Of a stretch of DNA of 64,000 nt, positions 1-13,870 are shown in pieces. The stretch comes from Octopus sinensis (lineage: Eukaryota). Positions within the stretch are counted from its first letter, which is position 1. Each line of letters begins with the position of its first letter. The stretch spans positions 31,868,001 to 31,932,000 of the forward strand of contig NC_043012.1 in assembly GCF_006345805.1 (NCBI RefSeq). Reading direction: 5' to 3'. The translations under genes and the position numbers were made by a program. The notes beneath the pieces are model-generated. The model searched no databases. It was not told the DNA's origin and was given only the letters and a program-made list of their open reading frames with translations.

Positions 1-675
1 TGTCCATCTCCACATATTCTGCAGTTACTTGTAATATTTCTTTTCATTACATGTTTTTGGTAATTTCTGGTGGGGAGGCTTTGGTCTTGTACTGCAATTA
101 AAAATCCCTCTGTTTCTGCTTTGAGTCCTGAGCTTCTCAACCATAGTTGGGATTTTTCTTTGTCTATTTCTTTTGCGTTTAGTTTAGTCCAGTACTTACC
201 ATGAAGGGGCTTTTCTTGCCATCGTTTTATCATGGTTCGTTGCTGTTCTATTTTTAGTTTGGATTTCATTTGTTTTTGTTTCTTCATCTTCTTCTTCTTG
301 TTCTTCATATTTATTAGGTGGTATGATTTCTTGTTTGTATTTGTCAGCTTCCTTAAATACTGAGAACAGTTTTTTGTTTTGCTCGTGTTTTGCCGCTATT
401 TGTATAATTTTTCCTTCCTTCTGAAGTAGATATTTTTTCAGTCCTATGGTGGTTATTTTATAGTAGTTTTCCAGCTGTATAAGGCCTCTACCACCTTCTA
501 TACGTTGTATATATAGTCTTTCTATGTCAGATTTTGGGTGATGCATCCTAGATCCTGTCATTATTTTTCTTGCTTTCCTATCTATTTTGGTCAGTTCATT
601 TCGTGTCCAGTTAAGGATATTGTAGCTGTAACTTATAACTGGGACAGCTAAAGTGTTAATACCTATTATCTTGTT
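1..675 (-). mobile_element. 5'-truncated non-LTR retrotransposon fragment with restriction-like endonuclease (R4/Dong-like); continues off the window start
   Basis: ORF 196-561(-) contains DIERLYIQRIEGGRGLIQLENYY, the RLY.PR..GGRGL motif found after the RT domain. It is the reverse complement of about 22290-22961 and its 5' end abuts a (TTA)n tract. Confidence 0.85.
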
Positions 676-685
676 ATTATTATTA

Positions 686-751
<66 letters not shown>

Positions 752-762
752 CATTATTATTT
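676..762. repeat. (TTA)n microsatellite
   Basis: Direct reading; it produces the poly-Y ORF 653-913. Confidence 0.95.
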
Positions 763-1084
763 TATGCTTGAATATTGCTTCACATTTGTACAAGTTGGCT
801 CCAAGTCTCACCCGAGACCTCAAGAGAAAACAAGTTCGAAGTTCATGCTGGTGTTATGCCTAGCGTGCCATATATTTGGTTTTGTACATAGTGTTGTTCT
901 AGAGAATGTTTAAGAAACCATAGGAAAATTATGTTTGTTTTAAAATTTGGGATTACATAGAAAGTATTTTGCGTAGGATGTGGGCAGTTCCCATGAGCAC
1001 TATCTTTTGAATTTCTGCCATTTGGGGGTTTCCTGGTATCTGAGCTAGGTAGCAATCAGCCTCTTTTGTTATCATTCCCAGGGC

Positions 1085-1290
1085 ACCTATGACATATTTC
1101 GGCATTTCCTCCGGTTTTACATTCTGAGTTCTAATATCGCATCTTTGACTACCGTTCTATTGCGATCGATGAAATAAGTACCTGTGGAATCACGGGATTG
1201 ATATAACCAGTCAGTTATGCAACTGATTAGCACCCTCCTCTTAAAAGTTTAGGCCTTGTGCATTTTGTAGAAAGAAGATGAAATATTACT
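1085..1290 (+). mobile_element. Degenerate tRNA-derived SINE (family S3)
   Basis: GAGTTCTAAT B-box-like motif, then gatcgatgaaataagtacc and a ggccttgtgc..gtagaaag tail resembling the 12288-12505 copy. Confidence 0.5.
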
Positions 1291-1898
1291 ATTCTTCTTC
1301 CTGGTGGTGGTGGTGGTGGTGGCGGTACTGTTCTTCTTGTGACAGATGCTGCTATCTTTATATCAGACATACTTAATCAATCCTGAAAATCGTATTTATT
1401 TTAGTTTGTTAATATGGGGTACTTTCATGGCTTCACCATCGTCTAAATTCATTGTTGATTTATTGCAGTCAGGTTACAAATGACAACGACTTACGAAATA
1501 TCGACGGAAGCAATACACAATGCTCAAGGTCTCAGAAAGCAGGAAACAGACGAACAGGGAGAGAGATAAATAGGCATATCAGTAAAGAGATATCTCTATA
1601 GAAATATATAGAGTGATATAAAGAGGTATAGTTAAGAAATATATATGATGTGCATTAAATTATCTTTTGCTAATATACATGCTTTGCTTGGTTTTCATCA
1701 AGCTTTTGCTATTTGGTAAGCTGGTTTGTCATTGTTTAATTTCATTGCAAAGCAGAGGAATATGTTGCTATTCTTTGTTTTCCTCATTAGTGAAATAAAT
1801 AAGTTGAAATAGAGTACTTCATAAAAATCATCATATAATTCGTTTTGGGATTTGGTTTGCAAGATTCTTTATATGAGTTCGTGTGTTGAAGCATGTTC

Positions 1899-2114
1899 TG
1901 TTGTGTCTGGGGAGAGTCATTTTCTTTTTGTGCCTTATTATTTAACACACTCACCGGTAAAATTTCCACTTATTTCTTATTTTTATTTTCCTAAAATTTC
2001 CGTTGCCTGTTGCAACCTTTTCAATAGTTTTCAAAATTTTTGACCGGAAATTTTACCGGCGAGTGTGTTAAATAATAAGTCACAAAAAGAAAATGACTCT
2101 CTCCAGACACAACA
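1899..2114. repeat. Inverted repeat with 69-bp arms and a 78-bp spacer (foldback or MITE-like)
   Basis: 1899-1967 is the reverse complement of 2046-2114 with 3 mismatches. Confidence 0.9.
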
Positions 2115-4269
2115 TCATATAATTATTTAATTGAATATTTTTTCCTTTCTCAGTTATAAGCATTTTGATATTTCTAGATAGAAGTAGAAGCTAATACTTC
2201 AATTGTGGTTGGATATCTTCAGCACGAAGCTATAATGTTCTATCAAATTAATTAAATTAGTTACATTTTGAAAAGAGCTGTAGATGTAACTGATCGAGAG
2301 AGTAATTTTAGTTTATTAGTTATTTAGATAGATAAGCAACTTTAGATTGACTTAGACATATCGTAATTATCTTAAAATGTTCTAATTAATTCTTTCCGCT
2401 ACTATAGATATAGTATTTAGAGTGGAAGATAATTAATTCTAGCCATTATCAGTGGGGAATTACTCTCCGACATGTAACATGTACTACGATCGTTCACAAT
2501 CATCTTTGTGCCTATCTTCAAGAAATATCATAATTCTTCGGTTAGAATTTGGATAACATTGTAAGCTGCATATTCATTATTTCTTTTCGTTTCAAAGGAG
2601 GAAAGTATATTGTTATGATTCTATTCTGTGTTCATCAAATATAGTTAAGTGAAGTGAAATGATGTTCGTCATATAATGTTTATGTGCATACTTCATTTGA
2701 TAATTTGTACTTCAACGATCAACTCAGTAACAGACGTATGCTGGAGGTGCTACTTTCATTTTGGTAAAAATCTCTTTAAGAGTTTATTAATTACATTATC
2801 ATCTTTACAAACATAAATATTTCGGAAAACAACGTGTAAAAAGTATTCGATTTAGTGTTGCCTTTACTCATCTGCTCTTTAATCAGGCACAATGCATACA
2901 GCTCGTTTCCTTCCGTTTCCTTCAGGATATATCCTGTTTCTGTTATATGCTTGCAAAATTCCCCCTCTTGCAATAATGCTTCATCTCGTCCCAATCTCTG
3001 CGTGACGTTGAGATGCAACTGCTGTTTTGAGTCTTTCACCGGCGCTGTATTGCATAAGAAGTTCCCTTTTGTCGTTGATACCATACGTTGTCCAGTTCCG
3101 CTATTTGTGACATTAATGACGAGACAATTTTGTTTGGCTTCAAGCCCATTATCCTTATACCCAGAGCTGCGACAGGTGACTTCGTACTTGTAGTTTATGA
3201 ATATATGCCATCATTGCTGCTGCTAGTTCTGTTGCACTTCAACTCTCGAAGCTAATTTTGCTTTTCCACAATTGAGCAAAGGAACTCTTAAGGCTCTTAC
3301 CCATATACACGTGACAACTAAGCGCTCTGCACAGAACCCCTCACTTTAATGCACTTCTACTTCAGTTTCCCAACTGCATAAAATACCGCGGTAATCTTGT
3401 GGATTTCAGAACAATCAGAAACTTGGCATCCAAACTAGAAACCAGCCGTTATAGGTAAACTCCATGCTTGTCACGTATCTCTACTGTGCTGCAAAGTTGC
3501 CAAGTTCAACACTAATATATTTCGACGTTGTCTTCGTTTTTCTTTGTCCCATAATGCTGAATGAGTATGTCGGTTGGTGCACCGATTCTGTCGGTCTCTT
3601 CAGTATATCCTCAACTTTTAATATTCTGCACACATTTCCATATATTTTAACCTATCACACATCGGTTATGGCTTTACACCTTTATGTATATACGGATGGT
3701 GTTTCAGTATTTTGAAACGCAGAGATATGATATTTACGTTACTCATATCTTTTCGAAAATAAAGTATGTAAAGAGACTTTCGTGTCTATAACATGCCTCT
3801 TCCTTGCATGTTTTCTTTTAGAAGCTGGCGATGCAGAATTTTGTTTTTGGTAAGCTGGGTTCCTTTCAAATAATTTGAGCGTTTGTTAATTGTTAATACA
3901 GTTTACCCTTGTGTTTTCTTCACAAATTAATTTTGTAATTATCAAATTGTAATTGTTTGTATTTGTTTATAACTATGACCTCGTAATTGTTATTTTTGCA
4001 GTTTTTGTTTCTCTAAATATGTTTTTTTTATCAGGTTTCTTTTATAAGGTAGTGTTGTTTGAGACAAAAATAAACACGCAAAACTTGATGTTTTTGCAAA
4101 TACATGTAATCAAAGAAATGGCGAAAATTGAACATCCAGGTAGATATTCAGATGCTCATTTTACAAAAAGCAAAACAAAGCAAAAACACCCTAAAACGTG
4201 TGTTCATATAATAATCTCAAAAAAACCCCAGACAATTTGAAACCAGAAGCAAGGGTACCACCTATAACA

Positions 4270-4360
4270 ATAACAAATAACAACAACGACAACGATGATG
4301 ATGACGACGACGATGACGATGATGACGATGATAATGATGATGATGATGATGATGATGATG

Positions 4361-4419
<59 letters not shown>

Positions 4420-4420
4420 A
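4270..4420. repeat. (AAC)/(GAC)/(GAT)n trinucleotide microsatellite
   Basis: Direct reading; source of the poly-D/M/I/H ORFs. Confidence 0.95.
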
Positions 4421-4829
4421 ATAGTACGCTCTGTTCCCATTATGTTGTGTTTCGCGCATTCTGCCGCATACACAAAATGGGAATCTCTGCATAGTAATAA
4501 ATATACTATTGAGAACAATGAAAAAGAACTCTGTTGCTGTTATATATCAGCTGGAATGTTCAACCAAGTTTCAATATTCCAAGTAACTCTAAATATTCGC
4601 GAGAGAAGGGTCGTGCTTCACTAGTTTAGATCTGATATGCAGGTAAAGTGTCGCACATATAAACTATTTTTTCTACATCACTTTCCATAGTAATTGTTCC
4701 TTTCAATTTTCATATTGTGTAAATTTCTTCAACCATATGCATTTACACATTTAGATCATCCGAATCATGTACTACTTTTATTCTATAAGTTGCACTGTTT
4801 TTACTAATTTTTTGTATTTTTTTTTACAG

Positions 4830-4924
4830 CCCAACCAATCCAAATTTGACTCTCCTGTAGCTGAGGATATGGCGGATATTCATAACCAAAACACACTGCG
4901 TAATCTACAAAAAGCATACAAAAA
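4830..4924 (+). CDS. Candidate internal exon of an unknown small spliced gene
   Basis: CTAAT branch point at 4803 and a long polypyrimidine tract ending ACAG at 4829. Open frame [31 protein letters not shown]. Phase-2 donor AA|GTATAC (weak). Confidence 0.3.
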
Positions 4925-4939
4925 GTATACAAAAAGTAT

Positions 4940-5410
4940 ATGCTTATATATTTAGCTAATATATATATATATTTATATTTATACATACATGCACACACAT
5001 ACATATATACATATATGCATATACATATGTATGTATATATATATATATATATATATGTATACATATATATATATATATGCAAGTAAATATATACAGATAG
5101 ATATACGTATGTGTATACAAATATATATATATATTATATTTATACATACATGCACACACATACATATATACATATATGCATATACATATGTATGTATATA
5201 TATATATATATATATATGTATACATATATATATATATATGCAAGTAAATATATACAGATAGATATACGTATGTGTATACAAATATATATATATATATATA
5301 TATACATATATACACACACACTAGATACGCTTACACACACACACATATATATATATATATACATACATATATATGTGTATGCGTGCATGTGTGTGTATGT
5401 ATGTATGTAT
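4940..5410. repeat. Compound (TA)/(CA)/(TATG) microsatellite with a ~162-bp internal tandem duplication
   Basis: The block gcaagtaaatatatacagatagatatacgtatgtgtatacaa recurs at about 5079 and about 5241. Confidence 0.85.
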
Positions 5411-5484
5411 ATATGTATCCATTATACAATGTCACACATGCAGGCATACAGTTTCTATTGTTCAACTACTATCTTCCCTTTCAG

Positions 5485-5566
5485 GCATGTTAGGAAAATA
5501 CTTAGGAAAGACGATTTCACTGAAGCTTTGGATTATATTGCACAAAGAAACCTGTCAACATACTGA
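5485..5566 (+). CDS. Candidate terminal exon, in phase with 4830-4924
   Basis: Acceptor cttccctttcag|. G+CAT GTT.. gives (K)[32 protein letters not shown] at 5608. Confidence 0.3.
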
Positions 5567-5847
5567 TCTGCTTTTTGGAAAATCCTATTTAATAATCTGT
5601 GTTTTCAAATAAAGTGACTGGCTATTAGGTAATGTTCGTGCTTGATACGTAGCAATATTGGTATTAAGAAAACAGTAGTAGTAATATTGAGAATGTTGTG
5701 AAATCTCCAAAACATATAAAACGTAATGTATATAAAATATTCAGTAATACCGAGACGTTCTAATAACTCCTTATCTTTGTGAGATCTGTTTATTGTTGTC
5801 TCTATCTTTCATAAATCTCATGTGATGATCAAACTGACTTTGATTTA

Positions 5848-7101
5848 TTGGGTTTACAAGAAAGTAATTTCGGTCTTTTAGTGTGAAATAAATGGCATTT
5901 TTTCCTAATACAAAGAATGAACTTTAATCACTTATATATTTTCCATTTTGTTCGATGATCTTTTGCCATCTTTCTGGCAATTTTACGATTCCGCGCTCAT
6001 AGAACTTCTGGTCCTTATTAGCCCAAAACTGAAGCAAGTGTGATTTCAGGTCAGCATCATTACTGAAAGTTTTACCATTTCAAAGAATTTTTCAGACTTC
6101 GAAATAAATGGTAATCTGATGGTACACGATCAGGGCTATATGGTAGATGTGAAACCATTTCCCATTCAAGCTTCAGTAATTTTTATCGAGTTGGTAAATG
6201 TGTGTGGTTTATCATTGTCATGGCGGAACACGATTGCTTTACGATTTACCAATTTTCAATGATTTTCTTTGATTGCTTTCTCCAGTTTCATTAGTTGTTG
6301 ACAGTAAACAACTAAATTGATCGTTTGATTCTTTGGAAACAGCTCAAAATCCCACAAAATTGACAGCATCACCTTTTTTGATACAATTCAGCTTTTGATG
6401 TGGTTTGTGTTGGTTCATTACGCTTGGACCATGATCGTTTTCGATTGATGTTATTCTAGACAATCCATGTTTCACCACCAGTTATGATTTTTTTAAAAGA
6501 GGCTCGATTTCATTGCGCTAGAGCTGCACATCGCTAGTATTGATTCGTTGTGTTAAGTGAATCTCCTTCAATTTAGGTGGAACCCAAATATCGAGCCTCT
6601 TAACGAGTCCAAAACATTTTAAATGATTTCCAAATGGTGTGTGTGATACATGTAACCTCTCTGCAATTTCTTGCACAGCTGTATGACAATCCGATTCAAT
6701 TATGGTTTTGATTTGGTCATCGCCGACTTCAGTAGGTCGAACAGAACGTTGGTCAACTTTCAGAGAAAAATCACCAGAACGGAATTTTAAAAATAATTTC
6801 TGACATCTGCGTTTTGTTAAGCAATCAAAGCTATAAACTCCACATAACTGTTTGTGATCATCAGCAGCTTTCTTGCCTTTACAGAAATAAAAAAATAAAC
6901 AACAAAATATGACGAAAAAGTTCGTTTTTGCTCTCCATGTTAAGATTGACACTTAAATAACAGCTGTAAACAAAATTACGCGCAATTTACTTCTAAAGGA
7001 AGCTAAAAGTAATGGCTTTCAAATGCCCAAAGGAAAGAATAATAACATTGACAAAAGTCTTTCAAAATAATTGTAACGAAATTACTTTCTTGCCAACCCA
7101 A
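5848..7101 (-). mobile_element. Full-length but decayed mariner (DD34D) transposon
   Basis: TIRs TTGGGTT(TA/GG)CAAGAAAGTAATTTCG at both ends (23/25) with TA TSDs. ORF 6518-6952 has KFRSGDFSL and DIWVPPKL (WVPHEL motif). C-terminus FYERGIVKLPERWQKIIEQNGKY near 5940-6005. Confidence 0.92.
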
Positions 7102-7438
<337 letters not shown>

Positions 7439-7770
7439 GATAACCAAATTGCTGTCTCAGATTGTACTATACTCCATTTTGATTTCTTATCTCTCTGAAT
7501 GAATATGATATACAAGAATAGACTGATGCAAAGAGAATTCAGATATATAAATATAAACTTAATATCATTCGTTGGAAACTGTTTCAAAAATCATTGAATG
7601 TCCTCCCAAAATATGATATTATTTGGACCATATATGCACGTGCACGTTCCCAGTTTATTTTTTTCATACATACGCATAGACACACGAATGGAGGATACGC
7701 ACGCTCTTACGTACGTTCATTGTGCACATACACAGTTACCCATATATATATATATATATACATACATAAT

Positions 7771-7883
<113 letters not shown>

Positions 7884-7897
7884 AATATATATATACG

Positions 7898-7938
<41 letters not shown>

Positions 7939-9039
7939 GTATGTATATATTCTGGCAACTTGTATATTGATTATCATTTAAACTATCGAATGTTTGACTT
8001 GAAAATCTAAATCGTTGTATTTCGTTAGACGGAATACTACGTACCACCAAGAGTTGTTTGACTGTACGAAGATACCATTTTATATAATTTAGTTTCTTAT
8101 ATTTGGTTTGATTACTGATTTGAAATCCTGAGAATACTGCTATATTGTTAAGAAAAAAATAATAAACCATTATATGTCACAGGATGAAACTTTGCATAAA
8201 TTTAACTGTAAGAAAAAATCTTTGTATATCAATTAAGAAAGTGTTGAGTTTGGGCTAGAGAAAAGAATGTATCTTTGTGTAAGTGGTAAAGAACGTCTGT
8301 CACAGTTCAAAGAAATATCTTAGCTTTAGCTATGATAAATAGTATAGAGGGCAGTTAAGGTGACAGTCGTTAGCAAATTAGTAAGCAAAGAAAAACAAGA
8401 TATATACGTACAGACACGTACAGACACATACACACACGATCATTCACGTATGTATGGATTTTTATTTAACTATATAAACACACATGTGTATATAGTTGTA
8501 TGTCTAAGGTGACACACATGCGAGAAACCCTGTAAGTTCAACTACACATCCGCATGTTAGATATGCACAATTCATTCCTACATACGTGACAATGACTAAC
8601 ACACGCATCTGACTTGATAAAGAGACATCTTTCTGAAAATTCTGGGCCAGTTATCAATAAAATTATCATAGTCATCACACACACACACGCACAGATGCAC
8701 TCTCTCTGTCGCTCTCTCACACTCACATGCACACACACTCACGCATAGAATTCCTTGCATAGATGTATGTATGTCTACACAAACATATATGTGTATATTG
8801 ACATATATATATGGTCTGATCACTAAGAATCCGGCCTCTTGCTATTGTAATGAAGCTAAAGCACGCGGAGTAAAGCCGCGTGGCACAAATTGACGTCGAA
8901 CGCTACTGTGCATGCACAGGAAGTTTTATCCTTCTAGCTCACTCTGCTGTTTACAGCAGTGCTTTGAAACAAGGTGTGTAGCGTATGATCGTCACATTGA
9001 CCATGACAGAGAAAGTTGTCATAGCGATACCTGCTCAGA

Positions 9040-9185
9040 GGCCCGCGCGGAGTTACAGACCGGGCGTTGTGTGTGTTTATTGAGCGAAAACACCTAAAGC
9101 TCCACGGGGCTCCGGCAGGGGGTGGTGGCGACCCCTGTTGTACTCTTTCGCTCCAACTTTCTCTCACTCTTTCTTCCTGTTTCTT
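9040..9185 (+). mobile_element. Partial SINE of family S2 (5' half, degenerate head)
   Basis: cagaccgggcgttgtgtgtgtttattgagcgaaaacacctaaagctccac..cttcctgtttctt matches the copies at 27736 and 30934, then the match stops. Confidence 0.85.
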
Positions 9186-9986
9186 GTCCCCGACTTCCTA
9201 CGCAACCGCTGAGCCTGGATGCGCATTCATCCATCCGTCGATGCTCTCGGTGTCGGGGGTTGACCTGCTTTCTCTTCTGCGGGTCTTACGGATAACAAAG
9301 GACCACGTTTCGGACTTCTCCCATCTTGCGAGCTCTGGGAAGAAGACCGCTTCGCTCAACAGCAACATCAACAGCAGCAGCAGCAGCAGCAGCAGCAACA
9401 ATAATAGGTGCCCCACCGACATCGCGCGTCCACGGAAATATATTGTTTGTACCGGAAATTCATTCAAGAATCATTTTTTCGAAACAGGGATCTTCCTTCA
9501 GAGTCCCGGTAAGGAGATAAGTAACATCGCTGGTCAGTCATGTTCGGCAACTAAAAGACGACGGAGTTCCACACTCGATCTCATGGAAGATCATTGGACG
9601 AAACGCTGAGAGCTATGCATAGCTGAACGCACGAGAATCCTAAGTGACTCACTCGAGCCAGGAGCTATGTTTAACTCCAGAGCAGAGATTTTCGGGCCAT
9701 GTCTGCATATTAGGAAATTTCTGCTGGCCTTTTGGGAACCGTCGGAAGTTGATGGCTAAGGGGAGAGGGAGATAATACCCTATTGTTTATCCTTATAGGT
9801 GATCGATGGCAGCAAGGCCGGAAGTGGATAGCCATTACCAAAGGGAGATAATCCAGACCTTTACCCTCCTTATTTGAAAGAGGTCATAGGCCAATAGGTC
9901 TTCGGGTCTGAATATATGCCATAAAGTTAAGCCCTTTATGGGCGGGAAACCCAGGGTAACCCCATAAACCACCCTTCACCAGGAAT

Positions 9987-10022
<36 letters not shown>

Positions 10023-10898
10023 GTATATATATATACATGGAGAGAGATAGGTAGGGAGAGTTATAAGTTCAATCGTAGTTCTCGGCCAGTAAAACTCTAA
10101 CCTGCTGATTTGCAGTTTGGTTATGTATATACACATTATATAATAAATGGGAAATATATTTAAGTACACACACACATATTTGAATATGAGATTTATTGTA
10201 TGTTATACCAACATTGTTTGTTGCATATATATAATTATAAAATGTTTGAATATAAAAACAATTGTATATCAGATCAAAAATGTTACCACAAAATGTGACG
10301 CAAAGTAAACTTTTTTAAAACATCAGTGTAAATATCATTATTTACTGAAATCTGCTTGTAATATTCAATATATAAGACTTTTATGGATGTTCTATGCATC
10401 GTGTAGTATTTGGCGCATTTGATATTTCTGTTGTGCATGCGCAGTGATTTGTTTCTCACATGTTTTGCAAATGAGAAGGGGACAACATTTACTCCATTTG
10501 TCACATCTCAAACATACCTGTAGTTTACTTACGAAAAGTAAATTAGACAATTAAATTTAATTTATTGATTAAACTATAATGCGTGGCAATTTCAGGTTAT
10601 TCTCTTTTGTTATTTTTGTGATATATTCGCAAACTTTGCTTTGTTTGAATGCAAACATGTCCTCGCTGTGTGTCATTACCAATTTATTTAAACGGAAGCT
10701 TACTAGTTTTAAATAAACTGTAAATAATTCATTAAAAGTTATCCGAATCAACAGCAAAATAACCCCATTATCAGGGTTACTCAAATATAAAAAAAAACAG
10801 TATTTACCGATGTATTAAACGCTCCACAAATATGTAATCAATACGCAAGCTGCAAATGGAAAAAAAAGTCAGATTCTCTCACATATCAAGACTTTGAA

Positions 10899-10929
<31 letters not shown>

Positions 10930-10982
10930 TGTATGTATGTATGTATGTATGTATGTATGTATGTATGTATGCCTCATATGCA

Positions 10983-11020
<38 letters not shown>

Positions 11021-11042
11021 AGCCAACCCAGCTTGCAAAGTG

Positions 11043-11122
11043 CGTAATCCTGCGACGCACCAATGGTGTCTGGCCATGTGGGGAATATATGTGCCACGGA
11101 AACCGGAAAACCGGCCCCATGA
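11043..11122 (+). mobile_element. 3' fragment of SINE family S2
   Basis: gaaaccggaaaaccggccccatgag tail motif shared with 27990-28025 and 31188-31212. Confidence 0.6.
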
Positions 11123-11339
11123 GTGTATATGACTCAGGAAGGATTTTTATCCTATACCATGTATGTATATGTGTGGGAGTGTTTTCGTGTATGTATGCGT
11201 GTTTGTATGTATTTCTTAAAAATTGTCCTTCTCATGTTGGCGATAGCGATATATTTCTTCAAAGCAGCTTTGGAGCTGTGTATATGTGTAATACATAAAT
11301 ACGTACGTACATATATATATATACTTGTGTGTGTGTGTT

Positions 11340-11375
<36 letters not shown>

Positions 11376-12287
11376 GATTAGCATTTTTTTATTTCAGGAA
11401 ACTTTACGATACTTAAAACGGTTTCTTTAACATTTGGAATAATTCGGAAATAAAGTGTGGCAATATTTAAGTAAAAATGTTCGGAAATACGCCTGCATAC
11501 GCTCAACGACCTCTACATCGAAATTTGAAATTTCCAGACAAAATATATTTATCTCTTTATTTGATATTTCTATCTATTCAAATGCGAATCATATATTTTG
11601 TCATCCTTATCATACACGTGAATCATTTTGGAGAATTGGCTCTTCGTGGAGATTTACTACCATGGCATAAATTATTTTAAATAGAAGCTTATCTTTTGTA
11701 GTGTGGCAAATATAGTATGAAAATAAAAATAACCGGTTGCTATTTGGAACATTTCCAATAAATATCGCAGAAACTTTGTTGAAAGAATCGAAATTATCGG
11801 TTCTTATATACAGTCCAGAGAGAGAAAGAAAAAGAGAGTGCGAGAGAGGGAGAAATGGGGGGAGAGAGAGAGCTAGTTAAAAAGGGAGAAAGAACGGGAG
11901 TGAGAAAGAGAAAGGAGAGAGAGAGAAAGAGAGGGTAAAAAAGAGAAAAATCATGAAGAGAGGGGTGACGAGTTCTGGAGCAATTAAAGTGGAGATCAGG
12001 GTTACTGTTTCGCACTTATTTCTCACTGTACCTGCAAGGTAGGAGATAATGTAGTAAACTAATATTTTACTAGAATGCATTAATATTTGTGTTTACGAGA
12101 TTAACAATTAGATAGAAGAGATCATGTACATATTCATGCTGAAAGAGTTTATTTTCCTAACGCTTATGAAGTAATGAGATTTGTGATGCAACTGTGGCTC
12201 GACTCCATGCCGATTTATTAACTGTATTGGGAGTATTCGCAGAAACGCTTCAACTATGGGTTGATCTTTCTTGTCCTTTGACACATA

Positions 12288-12505
12288 TATTTCTTTACTA
12301 CCCACAAGGGGCTAAACACAGAGGGGACAAACAAGGACAGACAAACGGATTAAGTCGATTACATCGACCCCAGTGCGTAACTGGTACTTAATTTATCGAC
12401 CCCGAAAGGGATGAAAGGCAAAGTCGATCTCGGCGGAATTTGAACTCAGAACGTAGCGGCAGACGAAATGTATCCTTTAACGTACGGTCTTATGACGCTG
12501 GCTCG
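12288..12505 (-). mobile_element. tRNA-derived SINE (family S3) with a CORE-like central segment
   Basis: Minus strand reads GAGTTCAAATTCC (B box), then gactttgcctttcatccctttcggggtcgataaattaagtaccag and a tail ending agtaaagaaata. Confidence 0.8.
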
Positions 12506-13008
12506 GAATTAAATATACGAAAAGGATTATACATCATACACGTATTTTTTTAAAACAGATTACGACGCACAGAGTTACGTCTGTGTTGCGATGATTGGCT
12601 ATTCATTTCGAGAATTACCAACCGTTATCCGATGTGTTATACGTCGATGTTGTTCAACAACAGGTCATATTTCATACAAATATAAATGCATTTACATGTT
12701 TGGACATAGCTATCGATTTAGTTACTGGCAAATAGACATCGTAAGTGAATCTAACAATAAATTTTAGAAATACCATAAATTGCATCACTGACTAACGGTT
12801 CGAGTAAATTTAGTTAATAAAGTTAAGAAGCACATATCTAATAAACTGACTGACGAGTAATCCTTTAATCGAGGATTCAAGTGACATTTTACTAACCATT
12901 ATTTAACAGGACTATTTTTCAAACTGTTCAAAAATGTATGTTTACTACAAATATTTGCAAACCAGTTAAAGAAATCTGACTATATACCTAAATTCGCACA
13001 GATAACTA

Positions 13009-13103
<95 letters not shown>

Positions 13104-13116
13104 ATCTATCTATCTA

Positions 13117-13167
<51 letters not shown>

Positions 13168-13200
13168 ATATATATATATATATTTAACGTTTTTCACAGA

Positions 13201-13279
<79 letters not shown>

Positions 13280-13332
13280 TAGAGAGCTACTTAGCAATCT
13301 TTCCACAATAATAATAATAATAACAATAGTAA

Positions 13333-13388
<56 letters not shown>
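13009..13388. repeat. Compound microsatellite (TATC)n-(TA)n-(AG)n-(ATA)n-(AGT)n
   Basis: Direct reading. Confidence 0.95.
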
Positions 13389-13870
13389 AACAAGTTTAAT
13401 CTGATTATCGTCTAGGCAGCTCCTCCTTGAGAATTTTCAGGTCCATGAAAGTTCAAGTTGTGTTGATTCGATGAATCAGAGTCAATCAGCGTCTCTAATT
13501 AGCACTCCTCAACGAGAGATGGCCTAAGTCTCATAGACCCAATGACAAAGCAAGGATATGAGAGAGAGAGGGGGGGAGAGTAGAAAGAGAGAAAGGAAGA
13601 TAGAGAACTAGAGAAGAATATCTCGAAGACCGCAGATGCGTATATAATTTCGTATGCATGGAGTAAAACATTTGTGAGGCATAAAATGCGTTGATTGCTC
13701 TTTTCTTACTTTTCCCTGATACACATACAATTAAGCACTTAAAAATATGCAGAAAAATATTCATATATATATATATATATATATTAATATAATAATAATA
13801 TTAGGGAGTAAATCCAAACTTACAGGGAAAAATTAGATTTAGGATTAAATCTAATTTTATTGTATAAATA

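Noticed and set aside
2791-3720. ORF 2791-3084 and a nearby TGGTATCA as a Gypsy integrase tail or PBS
   Set aside because: The resemblance is only impressionistic; no LTR pair or catalytic motifs were found.
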